In this document: positions 44,277-54,385 of the stretch, one piece after another
Layout of the letters: each line of letters opens with the position of its first letter
How positions within the stretch are numbered: position 1 is the first letter of the stretch
Virus record (IMG/VR): IMGVR_UViG_3300037130_000236
Reading direction: 5' to 3' (one strand)
Source of the DNA: a virus
DNA length: 64,000 nucleotides
Position numbers and translations under genes: made by a program
The notes under the pieces: model-generated
Seen by the model: the letters and a program-made list of their open reading frames with translations, nothing else
What the model was told of the DNA's origin: nothing
Databases searched by the model: none

Positions 44277-44750
44277 TTACGGGGTGCATAGGTCGTTATA
44301 TGCGGCTGAGTTCTGAGCCTTCAGAAGCACTATGAGAGTCCAAATTCCGATTGCGGTTCCTATTGGAAACTCAGTTAGATTTACCAGGGCAATAATTGCC
44401 GCGATAATGGACGCAGTCCTGCCCCATTTTTGCAGGGTAAGTAGCCCGATTGCAGCAATTAAACCCGACAAAACAGAAGCCCAAGCCGCGAATATAACAA
44501 CGCCCGTGATGAAACGGATATTCTCGGGGGTCTCATCCCAATGCTTATAGCCAACCCAGAGGATGACGATGTTCAGTGCGACATTCGCCAACCAACAGAA
44601 AGCGAGAGCCCGGAGTTTCCTTCCAAGACCAATATGCAGTAGTGGAACAAATGGCTGTGAGGGAGTGCTAGCGGTATCCGTCGCCTTTCCGCAATTCGGG
44701 CAAAAACTTTGCGTTCCAATCAGGGGTTGACCGCATCCAGAGCAATACAT
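44277..44750 (-). CDS. Double Zn-ribbon membrane protein (moron)
   Basis: MYCSGCG...FCPNCG then 3-4 TM; FPIGTAIGIWTL. Confidence 0.75.
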   Translation of the reverse strand: MYCSGCGQPLIGTQSFCPNCGKATDTASTPSQPFVPLLHIGLGRKLRALAFCWLANVALNIVILWVGYKHWDETPENIRFITGVVIFAAWASVLSGLIAAIGLLTLQKWGRTASIIAAIIALVNLTEFPIGTAIGIWTLIVLLKAQNSAAYNDLCTP

Positions 44751-44782
44751 AGTGTCTCCTCATCCGCTACTAGTGGATTCCT

Positions 44783-45328
44783 TTACTTGGCATACTTTGC
44801 GCAGTCAATTTGCGGAGGACTGGGCACTTGATTGAGAGTTAGGTTGCTCCCAGATTGCCCCCTGTAATACCACGTTCCTTTTGACTTCATCATTGGAATT
44901 GCAGTCACTTGAGAATGGTTGCTAGTGTCCTGATATAACCCCCAACCATTCCCTGACCATTGTCTCTCGGTCGCGCCTTGCATGTACATCATTCCTTGCC
45001 ACTCGATGCCGTTCAGCTTATCGGCATCCGACAAAGCGTTTTCGATTACGCCAACGGAGCTACCGTTGTCTTCGACTAGTCCTCGACCGTTGTAGCCAGA
45101 AACTGAGGCCATTGTCAAATTGAAAAGCGAGCCGCCCCATGCGTAAGTCAAATACCGGTCGCCGCAGTGGGTACCAACCCTGTCGTAATACTGGCCGGCC
45201 GCGGCTTTGGCCTCTGTGCTTCCTGACTTGCAGCCGGAGGTGAAGGCAAGCGCACAGCAGAATAGCGACAAGGCCACCGCCAGACGCCAACTGGTCCGCC
45301 CAAAGTGGCGGGCATTCCACAGGATCAT
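44783..45328 (-). CDS. Putative lipoprotein (moron)
   Basis: Signal peptide ending FTSG-C. Confidence 0.7.
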   Translation of the reverse strand: MILWNARHFGRTSWRLAVALSLFCCALAFTSGCKSGSTEAKAAAGQYYDRVGTHCGDRYLTYAWGGSLFNLTMASVSGYNGRGLVEDNGSSVGVIENALSDADKLNGIEWQGMMYMQGATERQWSGNGWGLYQDTSNHSQVTAIPMMKSKGTWYYRGQSGSNLTLNQVPSPPQIDCAKYAK

Positions 45329-45633
45329 AAAATCTCCTTAACCGGGGGACGCTCCGAGTATATTACCCCCCGCGTATACAAGGCAATCTTGTGAAAGAAG
45401 CGGGTGCGTCGGCCAGCCGCATTCAGCCTGGTGGAAGACGACAGTTTATTCGGGTGGGGATCCTGTGTCGTCTTCATGGGCAGGAGTCCTGCCGCGCCAT
45501 CTACGAGGGAGTCGGTTGACGAGAACAGCCACTCATCCAGACACGTTTTGATCATGGTTGCTGCTTCGCAACGCCGGTAAAACGGCGTTTGCAGTGATTT
45601 GCAGAAGCCGGTTCGGGGATGCGTCAACAGAAC

Positions 45634-45643
45634 CCTATACTAG
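45634..45643 (+). promoter_or_regulatory. CCTATACTAG candidate late promoter, copy 3
   Basis: CCTATACTAGACAG shared with copy 4; 20 nt before GTG 45664. Confidence 0.55.
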
Positions 45644-45663
45644 ACAGCTTCCAGGAGTCCGAT

Positions 45664-45912
45664 GTGAACAATCCCTTCAATCCGATCATGAGCACACTGA
45701 GGGTAACGAACTGGCGAGCTGTCGGGTTTGCCGCAGCCTCTGGAGGTGCTCAGTTTGCTGCCGGCTCCGCAGCGGTAGGTGCCATCGTCGGACGAAAGAA
45801 CCACAAAGTCAGCGCCATGGGAAGAGGGGCACTGTATGGAGGTGCAGCCGGCACCGTGGGCGCAGCGGGCTTCTCTGTATGGGCCCAACGCGCTCTCCGG
45901 GCTGCAGCGTAA
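45664..45912 (+). CDS. Small Gly/Ala-rich glycine-zipper protein
   Basis: AGGAG RBS + GTG; MNNPFNPI...GALYGGAAG. Confidence 0.65.
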   Translation: MNNPFNPIMSTLRVTNWRAVGFAAASGGAQFAAGSAAVGAIVGRKNHKVSAMGRGALYGGAAGTVGAAGFSVWAQRALRAAA

Positions 45913-45933
45913 CCAAGAGATTCGGAAGGCCAT

Positions 45934-46608
45934 TTGCCCAGATTTGCTCCAGCAACACTCGCCGTCATGTCCGGCTCCGCAGTTCTTGGCGGGGCATTCG
46001 GCTTTTCGCGCGCCAGTGCCGCTGCTCAGGATGATCCTGCTCCTGAACGGCTTGGATTCTCGATTGTTCAAGGCGGGGCCACGGCCGCCGTGGCCGCCGG
46101 CGTCGGAGCGTTCGCGTGGAAGAGCCGTGACATCCTGGCTCCCGCAGCCTGGGGAACTGCCAGGGGCATCGGCGAGAGTGCCACCCGGTCCATGAGCCGT
46201 GCCTTTCAGACCAAGGGACTTACCGGGATGCTGAGTCACCCTCTCACCGTGGCCGGCTTCGGCACGGTTGCTGGGGGCCTGATCGGTTCCAAGTTGAGTG
46301 ACGACCCCGTCAGAGGAGCTGCCGCCGGCGCGGCCATCGGGGGCGTAACGACTCTGGCTGCCCGCGGAGCAACGAAACTCTGGGGCGGATCTCCCTGGTA
46401 TGCGAAGGCTGCCCTGGTGGCGGCCGCTGCCATTGGAGCAGGCACAGCGACGCATGCCTTTACGCACGAAGATTCCTATGCCGCCGAGGATCATGCCGTC
46501 AGTGACGGTTCCGGAGGCTACGAGACAGATCCCGGTGTCCGCCGGCGCATGGCTTCGATGAATGCCACAGGAGATGTGGTCTTTGGTCTCCATTCAAGGC
46601 GCCACTAA
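45934..46608 (+). CDS. Gly/Ala-rich glycine-zipper protein
   Basis: GAAAGAAIGG, several hydrophobic G-rich helices. Confidence 0.7.
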   Translation: MPRFAPATLAVMSGSAVLGGAFGFSRASAAAQDDPAPERLGFSIVQGGATAAVAAGVGAFAWKSRDILAPAAWGTARGIGESATRSMSRAFQTKGLTGMLSHPLTVAGFGTVAGGLIGSKLSDDPVRGAAAGAAIGGVTTLAARGATKLWGGSPWYAKAALVAAAAIGAGTATHAFTHEDSYAAEDHAVSDGSGGYETDPGVRRRMASMNATGDVVFGLHSRRH

Positions 46609-47138
46609 TGCCCATCGATCTCAATCAGGCTGCACAAACGAACTTCGGCAATGCCACCCAAAGTGTACGGATGGCGCCATCGAAGGCCTTCTGGCGCGGG
46701 GCGAGCGCCGGCACGTTTGGCGCTGCCTCTGGCGTCCTGATGGTGGCGCACGAAGCGGCGGCCGCCCAGCGCGGCGAAGTTGTCCCCACCACTTTGGGGC
46801 GTAGCGCGAGCCTGGTGACCTATCCAGCTTTGGCCGGGACGATTGCGGCCGGCACTTCAACTCTTGCAGCCGTGATGGGTCTCTCGATTCCTCTCGTGGG
46901 CCCTCTCGCTTGCATCGCAGCCCTCTACCCGGATGCGGTGCTTGGCAATTCGGTGAGTCGTGCAATACGCGGAGTGACCGACCTCGGCCGGCAGATCCGC
47001 CATCTGGAGTTTGGTGGGCACTACACCGACACCGAGACTGCTCAGCGCCTGCGTATGCAGGCTTTCTATGAGATGAGCGGCGCCACTTCGGCGGCCCGCC
47101 GTTACCTGGGCCAAGAGGCCTACTTCCTTCACCGGTAA
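46608..47138 (+). CDS. Gly/Ala-rich putative virion protein
   Basis: TAATG coupling; hydrophobic core. Confidence 0.7.
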   Translation: MPIDLNQAAQTNFGNATQSVRMAPSKAFWRGASAGTFGAASGVLMVAHEAAAAQRGEVVPTTLGRSASLVTYPALAGTIAAGTSTLAAVMGLSIPLVGPLACIAALYPDAVLGNSVSRAIRGVTDLGRQIRHLEFGGHYTDTETAQRLRMQAFYEMSGATSAARRYLGQEAYFLHR

Positions 47139-47148
47139 TGGAGACAAA

Positions 47149-47424
47149 GTGAACAACCCACTCAATGCTATTTGGAGTTCTCTCAGCTCGGCAGCCAAAT
47201 GGACGGCTGGCCGGGTGTCGCAACCTGGAATTGCAAGGAATGCTGCGATTGGTACGGGTATCGTCGCCGGTGCCGGCATTGCCGGAGGAGTCGGCGGTGC
47301 CTACAAGAACTGGTCCATTGGCGGGAATCAGGACAAGGCCCGGTCCGCCCGGATCGGCGCAACCCTCGGTGTCCTCGGAGCAGGTTCTGTGCTCGGAGTT
47401 CGTGCCCTTGCAAAGCGCGTTTAA
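47149..47424 (+). CDS. Small glycine-zipper protein, likely paralog of 45664-45912
   Basis: GGAG + GTG; MNNPLNAI...GTGIVAGAGIAGGVGG. Confidence 0.7.
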   Translation: MNNPLNAIWSSLSSAAKWTAGRVSQPGIARNAAIGTGIVAGAGIAGGVGGAYKNWSIGGNQDKARSARIGATLGVLGAGSVLGVRALAKRV

Positions 47425-47457
47425 CCCAACCTTCAACCTTCGGAAAGTGAGTGCCTC

Positions 47458-47910
47458 ATGGGATCTCCCGTCACCATTTCCAACCCGGCTCCCGGCTGTT
47501 CGTACCTGAACTACCCGCGTGCTGTGTTGAATACACCCCATCCTGTCTACGGCGGGAACCTTGCTGGCTTCGGCGTGGGGGATCTGCCCACCCAGTTCGA
47601 GTCAGGCCTTCCCGTGTTCACGGCCATCACGGCAAATGCAACTTCGGGGCTGATCGACGTTGCCGCCAACGCAATCGAGTTGGATGCGACCTTCAGCGAT
47701 CTGCACACCAGCTGCACGATCACGGTCTTCCTCGCGGACGGCGAAACAGTCGTCGCCACCTGGAACAACGTGTCGACTCTCAACAGCGGCAACCTGTATG
47801 CCGGCTTTGCCGAGCAGCGCAAGCTCATCGGCGGTGGTTCCCTGGTCTTTCAGGTCTCGAACTACGACGGCGCCGGCTCCATCACCCTCTCGGTTCGCCG
47901 CACCGGCTAA
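47458..47910 (+). CDS. Putative beta-rich structural protein
   Basis: 150 aa, low charge, late-region position. Confidence 0.65.
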   Translation: MGSPVTISNPAPGCSYLNYPRAVLNTPHPVYGGNLAGFGVGDLPTQFESGLPVFTAITANATSGLIDVAANAIELDATFSDLHTSCTITVFLADGETVVATWNNVSTLNSGNLYAGFAEQRKLIGGGSLVFQVSNYDGAGSITLSVRRTG

Positions 47911-48001
47911 GAGTTGGTGTTTACCCAGAGTAGGCACCCTACAAAGGCTTCGTCCGCTGAGCCAGCCTGGCAAATCAGCGGATCTCTCCAAGGAATCCCA
48001 C

Positions 48002-50110
48002 TTGAGTACCGGATTCGTTCCGTTGGCGGATCTGGTTGCCGGCCTCACGCCGGATGATCAGACCTTCTTTGCCAACACCATCAAACGAGATCACGAAGCT
48101 GCAGGCACCGACCAGGAGGGAATCCTGCGCCGGATCTTGGGCTGTAAGCAGTGCCAGGACTGTGTCGCAGGCTACAAGCAGAAGCATCCTGGTAAAGCAT
48201 TCGGAATCAAGTGCTTCGGTGTCTATGACACTCCCGATTACGAGGCGATGCAGGCTGACCTGCACGCCCGTGGTGATGACATGGAGCTGGACGAGATCCG
48301 TGAGATCTATGATCCGGCGTTCTGGTCCACCAGGTACATGGTTCTGCGCGACGATCAGGGCAACATCGAGCCTTGCGCGCCGCGCGTATACCAGGAAGAG
48401 GCGCTCCGCTGCACTTCCCCGCGCAAGGTCGACAGGTGGGGCCGTGGCCTGGGCAAGACCCTCTGCGGCGTCATCGAAGAACTCCACTTCATCAGCATCA
48501 ACAAGAACACCGAAGTCATGGTGGTGGCGCCTTCCCAGGCGCAAGCCCAGCTGTGGTGGGATGAGATCGTCTTCCAGATCGAGAACTCGCCGGCGCTCGG
48601 CGGCAACGACTTCCTGATCTCGAAGAAGCAGCAACCTTATTACTACATGCGATTCGGCAACGGATCGGTCATCAAGATCTTCACGGCCGGATCGAAGTCC
48701 GGCAAGGGCGCAGATTCCGTCCGTAGCCAATCCCCGCGGCGTATCCGGCTGGAGGAGCAGGACTACCTGGCGGACAAGGATTACCAGGCCATCATGCCGC
48801 TGATGCGCCGGTTCAAGAACATCACCTTCCACGGCTCCTCGACCCCAACCGGCCTGCGCGGGATGTTCTGGCAGATGTGCAACAAGCTGCCGGACTACAA
48901 AGAGTTCTTCCACCCGATCATGGATCACCCGAACTGGGGGACCGATCAGCTGAACGAGGAAGTCTGCCTGGCCGAGGCCCAGACCCTCGAGAAGTATCGT
49001 CACGAATGGCTGGCCGAGTTCGGCGACCCAACCGCCGGCGTGTTCAAGTCTGCCTTCGTTGACTGGGCCATGAAGCCCTACAGCCTCAAGACTCTCATCT
49101 ACGACGCAAACAAGCGTCATGTGATGGGAATCGACTGGAACGGCAAGGGCACCGGCACCCGGATTGTGGTCACCCAATACGACCCCACCACCCGCAAGCG
49201 GCGAGTGGTTCACCACGAGGCGATCGACGACGACAAGGCAACGACCAAGAAGTCCTTCAACAGGATCGTGGAGCTGAACAAGCTCTGGCATTGCGACTAT
49301 GTGTACGTCGATGCCGGCTTCGGCTTTGTTCAGGACGAACTCATCAAGGACATCGGCGTTCAGGCCGGCACATTTGATTCGGATACCGCGAAGCTGAAGT
49401 ACATCAACGTCATCGACTTCGGCGCCAAGCTGGAGACCAACGCTCTTGTTCCCAACCGGGACCCGGACTCGAAGTACCTGCCCAACCCCAAGGACGACAT
49501 TCTCAAACGGCGCACCAAGCCGTTCATGGTCGAGGGCGTGGTCATGGCCTTCGAGATGGAGCTGGTGGAGGTTTCGCGCGAGTATGCACTGCTCGAGGAA
49601 CAGCTTCGTGGCTTCCGGGTCAAGACCTGGACCAAGGGCGGAGCTGCCGACACCTACTCGACCGATGCCGACTCAGGCGATCACGATCTCGATGCTTTCA
49701 TGTTGTCGATGCTGGGAATCGAGCTGAACTACGGTCTCTGGCACACCAAGGAAACCGTCAGGCGTTTGGTACAAATCGCCCATGTGTCAGGCTGGGGATT
49801 GCCGTCCACTGTAATTAGCCAGCAGACGGCGTCGCCTGTCCAGACGCCAGGGGCGCCGGCCCCGGCTGCCACCGAGAGGATGCGTGAACTCAAACGCGAG
49901 ACCTCCGGTGTTCCTGCGCGAACCAAGCCAGAAAGCAACCTGCAGGAGCAGTACCGTTTGCTTCACATGGCGAGGCAGAGCTACACCGTGGTGCCTGTCA
50001 ACTCACCTGGGTCCGCCGGCAATGGTCGCGTTCCTTCCCGCACCAGCTTCTTTCAGAATTCAACCCGGCCCGGATTTGGCAGTGCCGGTCGTCGTTTTGG
50101 TGGTGGTTAA
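48002..50110 (+). CDS. terL: Terminase large subunit
   Basis: RWGRGLGKT (Walker A), IRLEEQDY (Walker B-like), GSSTPTG, GIDWN, VDAGFG, DHDLDA; AAGGA RBS + TTG. Confidence 0.9.
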   Translation: MSTGFVPLADLVAGLTPDDQTFFANTIKRDHEAAGTDQEGILRRILGCKQCQDCVAGYKQKHPGKAFGIKCFGVYDTPDYEAMQADLHARGDDMELDEIREIYDPAFWSTRYMVLRDDQGNIEPCAPRVYQEEALRCTSPRKVDRWGRGLGKTLCGVIEELHFISINKNTEVMVVAPSQAQAQLWWDEIVFQIENSPALGGNDFLISKKQQPYYYMRFGNGSVIKIFTAGSKSGKGADSVRSQSPRRIRLEEQDYLADKDYQAIMPLMRRFKNITFHGSSTPTGLRGMFWQMCNKLPDYKEFFHPIMDHPNWGTDQLNEEVCLAEAQTLEKYRHEWLAEFGDPTAGVFKSAFVDWAMKPYSLKTLIYDANKRHVMGIDWNGKGTGTRIVVTQYDPTTRKRRVVHHEAIDDDKATTKKSFNRIVELNKLWHCDYVYVDAGFGFVQDELIKDIGVQAGTFDSDTAKLKYINVIDFGAKLETNALVPNRDPDSKYLPNPKDDILKRRTKPFMVEGVVMAFEMELVEVSREYALLEEQLRGFRVKTWTKGGAADTYSTDADSGDHDLDAFMLSMLGIELNYGLWHTKETVRRLVQIAHVSGWGLPSTVISQQTASPVQTPGAPAPAATERMRELKRETSGVPARTKPESNLQEQYRLLHMARQSYTVVPVNSPGSAGNGRVPSRTSFFQNSTRPGFGSAGRRFGGG

Positions 50111-50529
50111 TGGCCAACGGAGATCCCCAGGACAACATTGCGGCGAGTGTGGCAGCTAGTTACGACATGCCGATCGCGGTCTCCGTCATTGAGAAGTTGT
50201 CCAAGTTCCCGTTCCTCCAGCAGTTGGGCTACAACGGCCAACTGAACTGGTTGAAGGGAGGATTCCTCGGGTTGCAGGACTTCTTCGACGAGATGACAAC
50301 CTATTCGAGCGCCGCCGACATCCTGCAGATTGCCTGGCAGCTCATCCAGTCCAGAGTGCCCCTCAACCTGGATGTGCAGAAGAACCTGTACACGACGGAT
50401 TCGATGGGAACGGTCGGCAATGCCTTCCAGCAACTGGTCGGTTTCCAACAGACCTTCGCCGTCAATCCCGACGACCTTTCCGATTCAACCGGCAGCGCAG
50501 TCGTTGCCAACAATCTTCCGAGTTCTTAA
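50110..50529 (+). CDS. Hypothetical late protein
   Basis: TAATG coupling to terL. Confidence 0.7.
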   Translation: MANGDPQDNIAASVAASYDMPIAVSVIEKLSKFPFLQQLGYNGQLNWLKGGFLGLQDFFDEMTTYSSAADILQIAWQLIQSRVPLNLDVQKNLYTTDSMGTVGNAFQQLVGFQQTFAVNPDDLSDSTGSAVVANNLPSS

Positions 50530-52169
50530 TGGCCTTCGAGTCGATCCAGTTCAAGTACACCCCTCCGCCCACCGTCTCGGCGTCGATTCCCGCCGCACAA
50601 GCTGCTGTGCCTGTGAGTCTGGCAACGGGTGGCAGCCTGGCGAATTCCGGGAATGCCACGGCGAGCGCATCGGCCGCCGGAAAGCTGATCGCCAGACTGG
50701 CAGACCTGCTGGACACCAATCAGTACCTGCAGCAGGTGATCCTTGCGATGAGCACGGGGCTGGGCATTGAGTTCGATCCTTCCGTGGATCCGGAGACCGC
50801 GCGGGCACTGCAAACGATCTATTCAAACCTGCCGGTGCCGACCTCGCTTACCGTCAGTATGTACAACCGGATGCTCGATGCCAAAATGACGGCATTGCAG
50901 ATCGAATCAGGTCTGGGAACCGGCACGGCCTACGAGACGAATCCGTTTCAGGCGTCGGCCGTCACTCAAATCAACCAGACCATCGAAAGCGGCCTGGTCA
51001 ACAGCGGACAATCCCAGTACCAGACCGCTCTGCTTCTGGGGCCGTTGAAAGGGGACGCGGTCCTCTTCAACAACATGACAGCCCAGCTGTCACAGTATCC
51101 GGTCATTGCATCGCCGGGAACGCCTTCGATCGCCACCAACAATCCGAATCAGATCTCGATTCTGGGGCAGGACGTATCGCCGGCGCTGGCGAGCACAATG
51201 AACAGCTCGCTCGACTCCTTCCAAAGCTCCTATGCGTCGGTCTTCCAACTGACTGCGGGTGTAGGAGTCGTCGCACAGGACGTCAATAATGTCCTGAACC
51301 AGTTCTTCCTGGAACCTCCCACCAATCTGGTGAGGATGATCCCGATGTTGCAGGCACTTCAAGGCTTCTCACAAGGGCCTCGTCTGGACTCGATCGTCAA
51401 CGGGATGACTGGCACGGTGTTCGTTCAACTCATCGCTGAAGCGGCCGGGATGGTCATCGTGGCCGACCGTTTCATGCAGACCGCGGTGCAGCCCCTCAAA
51501 GGCAGCACATCCAATATCGGCCAGATGGTCTCGCAGATCCAGGCGGCCGCAGCCATGGCCAACGTGGTGGTCAACGGGGCAAGACAGAGCTTCGTGAACA
51601 CCACCGGCGGACTCAAGGGTTGTTCGCTGGCCTACAACAGCGGCCTGCCAACAGCGCCGGTCAGTTCGTCTGCGCTGGTGCCGGCGAGCACCTTCCAGGT
51701 TCCCGGGGCGGGGCCAATGACTCCCGGCCTGATGACGTTGGCTACCCACCTCGATTGGGCAAACACGACAGTCAGCAACCGGGTCATGGTGCTTCAGGAA
51801 TCGTTCCAGAAGCTGTTGAATCGCCGGACTGGCGACATGAACACCCAGATGGACATCATCGCCAGCACTCAAGCCCTGAACACACTGACCCAACTGGCCA
51901 AGGCCGTGATGACTTACAACAGCAGCCAGCCTGCGGTAGGCGCCACAAACTCTGTCACTCAGACCGCGGCCGTGAGCCAGATCCTCAGCGGGATGAGTTC
52001 GACGACAGGCACTTCCTTCGTTGTCACCAACGGCCAGATGCAGGCCGTTTCTCCCACAGTCCCCGCACCGCCCAGCAACGTGCAAACGGTTCTGACCAAG
52101 GGCGGCGTGAACCTGATCGTCGCATCCTCGTCGACTGTACAAGCACCCACCATCGGAGCAGTGAGCTAA
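50529..52169 (+). CDS. Putative structural protein (S/T/Q/N-rich, 546 aa)
   Basis: TAATG coupling; between terL and portal. Confidence 0.7.
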   Translation: MAFESIQFKYTPPPTVSASIPAAQAAVPVSLATGGSLANSGNATASASAAGKLIARLADLLDTNQYLQQVILAMSTGLGIEFDPSVDPETARALQTIYSNLPVPTSLTVSMYNRMLDAKMTALQIESGLGTGTAYETNPFQASAVTQINQTIESGLVNSGQSQYQTALLLGPLKGDAVLFNNMTAQLSQYPVIASPGTPSIATNNPNQISILGQDVSPALASTMNSSLDSFQSSYASVFQLTAGVGVVAQDVNNVLNQFFLEPPTNLVRMIPMLQALQGFSQGPRLDSIVNGMTGTVFVQLIAEAAGMVIVADRFMQTAVQPLKGSTSNIGQMVSQIQAAAAMANVVVNGARQSFVNTTGGLKGCSLAYNSGLPTAPVSSSALVPASTFQVPGAGPMTPGLMTLATHLDWANTTVSNRVMVLQESFQKLLNRRTGDMNTQMDIIASTQALNTLTQLAKAVMTYNSSQPAVGATNSVTQTAAVSQILSGMSSTTGTSFVVTNGQMQAVSPTVPAPPSNVQTVLTKGGVNLIVASSSTVQAPTIGAVS

Positions 52170-54385
52170 TGCCACGCACACCAGACACCACTCTTCAGGA
52201 CAATGCAGCGGCCCGGCAGGAGCGGCTCATGGCCTTTGTTGACGGCACGTCCACCAAAGCCAAGCCCGGCAAAGCCGCGGTGATCCGCCGGACGATCGCC
52301 GGCCAGGTCATCGAGCCCAACATCAAAGGGCTGGGGCGCAGGACTGCCTCGTATACCGATAAAGGCTTTCAGCCTGTTGAACGGTCGACTGGTGAACGCA
52401 ACATCAGCGACAAGCTGATGGAAGGCATGAAGATCGAGGACGCCGGCAAGATGCTGAACGGCGACCTGAACAAGATCAAGCTCGACAAGGCAGCTGATTA
52501 CATCGGCACCTACTATATGTGGAACGGCATCCTGATGCCGGAGTATGACATGCGCGAACCGCACGCCATCTCTGACACCGAGGTCTACGTCAAGCAGGCC
52601 GTGGCCCGCAAGCTGGCGCTCGCCGCGCGCGCCGGCTACGAAATCATGAGCGACCGCGAGGAAGACGCTGATTACATCCAGACTCGCATCAATGCGTTTG
52701 AATTCGTCACCGAACGCAGCTTCGAGAGCTTCATCAAGGGCGTTCTGCGCAACCTGTTCCTGTGTTCCAACTGCTTCCTGCTCAAGATCCGCAAGGAAGA
52801 CGCTTCCCCGGTGAGCAAGAAGGAGGGCGGCAGAGTCCCAGTCGCTGCCTATGTGATCGTCCCCGCCCACACCATGCACCCTTATCTGGAGAAGGGGAAG
52901 ATCAGCAAGTGGCGCCGCATCTTCGACCACGGCATTCCGTGGATCGATTACCCGGTTGAGGACATCATCCACCTGAAGTGGGACGTCAAGCCAGGCCACA
53001 TCTTCGGAACGCCGCGCACCATCGCCGTCCGGGATGACATCTTCGCCCTGCGCCGGCTTGAAGAGAACATCGAACTCCTGTTCATCAACCACCTGTTCCC
53101 GTTGTTTCACGTTCAGGTAGGCAACGAGAAGGCTCCCTGCACCTACGGTCCGGGCGGTGAGTCCGAGATCGATATGGTGCGCTTCCAGATCGAGAACATG
53201 CCCAAGGAGGGCGTGTTCGTAACCGACGAGCGCGTCACCGTCACCGCCGTTGGCGCCAACGGCAAGTCTCTCGACTTCAAGGCCCTGGTGGAGCACTTCA
53301 AGTCCCGGGTCTACATCGGCCTGGGCATGAGCGCCATCGATATGGGCGAAGGCGCCGACGCCACCCGCGCCACAGCCGACAACATCTCGCAGAACTTGAA
53401 GGATTCAATCAAGGCCGACCTCGACGAGCTGGCCGATCAGATCCGGATGCTCATCTTCAAGGAATGGTTCCAGGAAGCCAACTACTCGACATCCGTGCAG
53501 AAGGGCGTGGCGCGCACCAAGCTGGCATTCCACGAACTCGATCTCGACAATCGGATCAAGGAAGAGACGCATGTGATGGCTCTCTTCAATTCCCACCTGC
53601 TCACCGAGACGGAAGCCCGCAAGCGAATGAACCTCAAGCCGATGAGCAAGACGGAGCAGAACGATACTCACTTCGCTCTCCATGTGCTTCGCCTCGAGCG
53701 CGAGATCCAGAAGTACAAAACCGCATCGGCCATCGAGATCGGCCAACAGGATGTGACGAACCAGAAGGCGTTGGCCGGAACCCAGATGAAGCTGATGGAA
53801 GCCCAGGCCAAGCTGTCCGAGGTCAAGGCCGGCCACGAACAACAGAGTCTTGAAGCACAGGCGAAACACCTGCCTGTCATTGCCAAGGCGAAGGTCGCCG
53901 TGGCCAATGCCAGCTCACGCCGGACCAGCAAGGGTACCGGCGCCGGTCACCCGCGCGGAGGCACGGCCAAGAAGACAACCCAGACCGCTGCGGCAACCGC
54001 CAATAAGATGCGCCCGACCAACCAGCATGGATCGAAGCTGGGCCCAGGCAAGAACAGTGACAGCCTCATGAGCGAAATCTATGAAGGCTTGGTGCAAGGT
54101 CGTGACCGACTGATTGCCGATGGTCTCAATGTGGATAAGAACTGGCGCAAAGCAAGCGGTCAGATCATCGATGAGATCGTTGCACGACTCAACCAGCGCG
54201 AAATCACCGATTCAGTTGGTGATTCCTATACTAGACAGGAACGAGCCGCCGGACTGACTTCATTGAAGTCCGTGATTGCTGAAACTTCTGATCCTGAGCT
54301 TCTTTCCGTGCTTCTTCGAGCGGAATTGGAAGACGAGGTAGATGATGCCGAACTTGAATATGCCATTGCCGGTCGTGCAGCTTAA
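52169..54385 (+). CDS. Portal protein
   Basis: DIIHLKW...IFGTP...DDIFALRRLEENI portal-like segment; position; start trimmed to TAATG overlap. Confidence 0.8.
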   Translation: MPRTPDTTLQDNAAARQERLMAFVDGTSTKAKPGKAAVIRRTIAGQVIEPNIKGLGRRTASYTDKGFQPVERSTGERNISDKLMEGMKIEDAGKMLNGDLNKIKLDKAADYIGTYYMWNGILMPEYDMREPHAISDTEVYVKQAVARKLALAARAGYEIMSDREEDADYIQTRINAFEFVTERSFESFIKGVLRNLFLCSNCFLLKIRKEDASPVSKKEGGRVPVAAYVIVPAHTMHPYLEKGKISKWRRIFDHGIPWIDYPVEDIIHLKWDVKPGHIFGTPRTIAVRDDIFALRRLEENIELLFINHLFPLFHVQVGNEKAPCTYGPGGESEIDMVRFQIENMPKEGVFVTDERVTVTAVGANGKSLDFKALVEHFKSRVYIGLGMSAIDMGEGADATRATADNISQNLKDSIKADLDELADQIRMLIFKEWFQEANYSTSVQKGVARTKLAFHELDLDNRIKEETHVMALFNSHLLTETEARKRMNLKPMSKTEQNDTHFALHVLRLEREIQKYKTASAIEIGQQDVTNQKALAGTQMKLMEAQAKLSEVKAGHEQQSLEAQAKHLPVIAKAKVAVANASSRRTSKGTGAGHPRGGTAKKTTQTAAATANKMRPTNQHGSKLGPGKNSDSLMSEIYEGLVQGRDRLIADGLNVDKNWRKASGQIIDEIVARLNQREITDSVGDSYTRQERAAGLTSLKSVIAETSDPELLSVLLRAELEDEVDDAELEYAIAGRAA
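54225..54234 (+). promoter_or_regulatory. CCTATACTAG candidate late promoter, copy 4
   Basis: Inside portal 3' end, upstream of protease-capsid operon. Confidence 0.55.

Noticed and set aside
47660-48001. N-terminal extension of terminase ORF
   Set aside because: Overlaps gene 47458-47910 in another frame; RBS supports TTG at 48002
51620-52168. N-terminal extension of portal ORF
   Set aside because: Overlaps 50529-52169; TAATG coupling supports start at 52169
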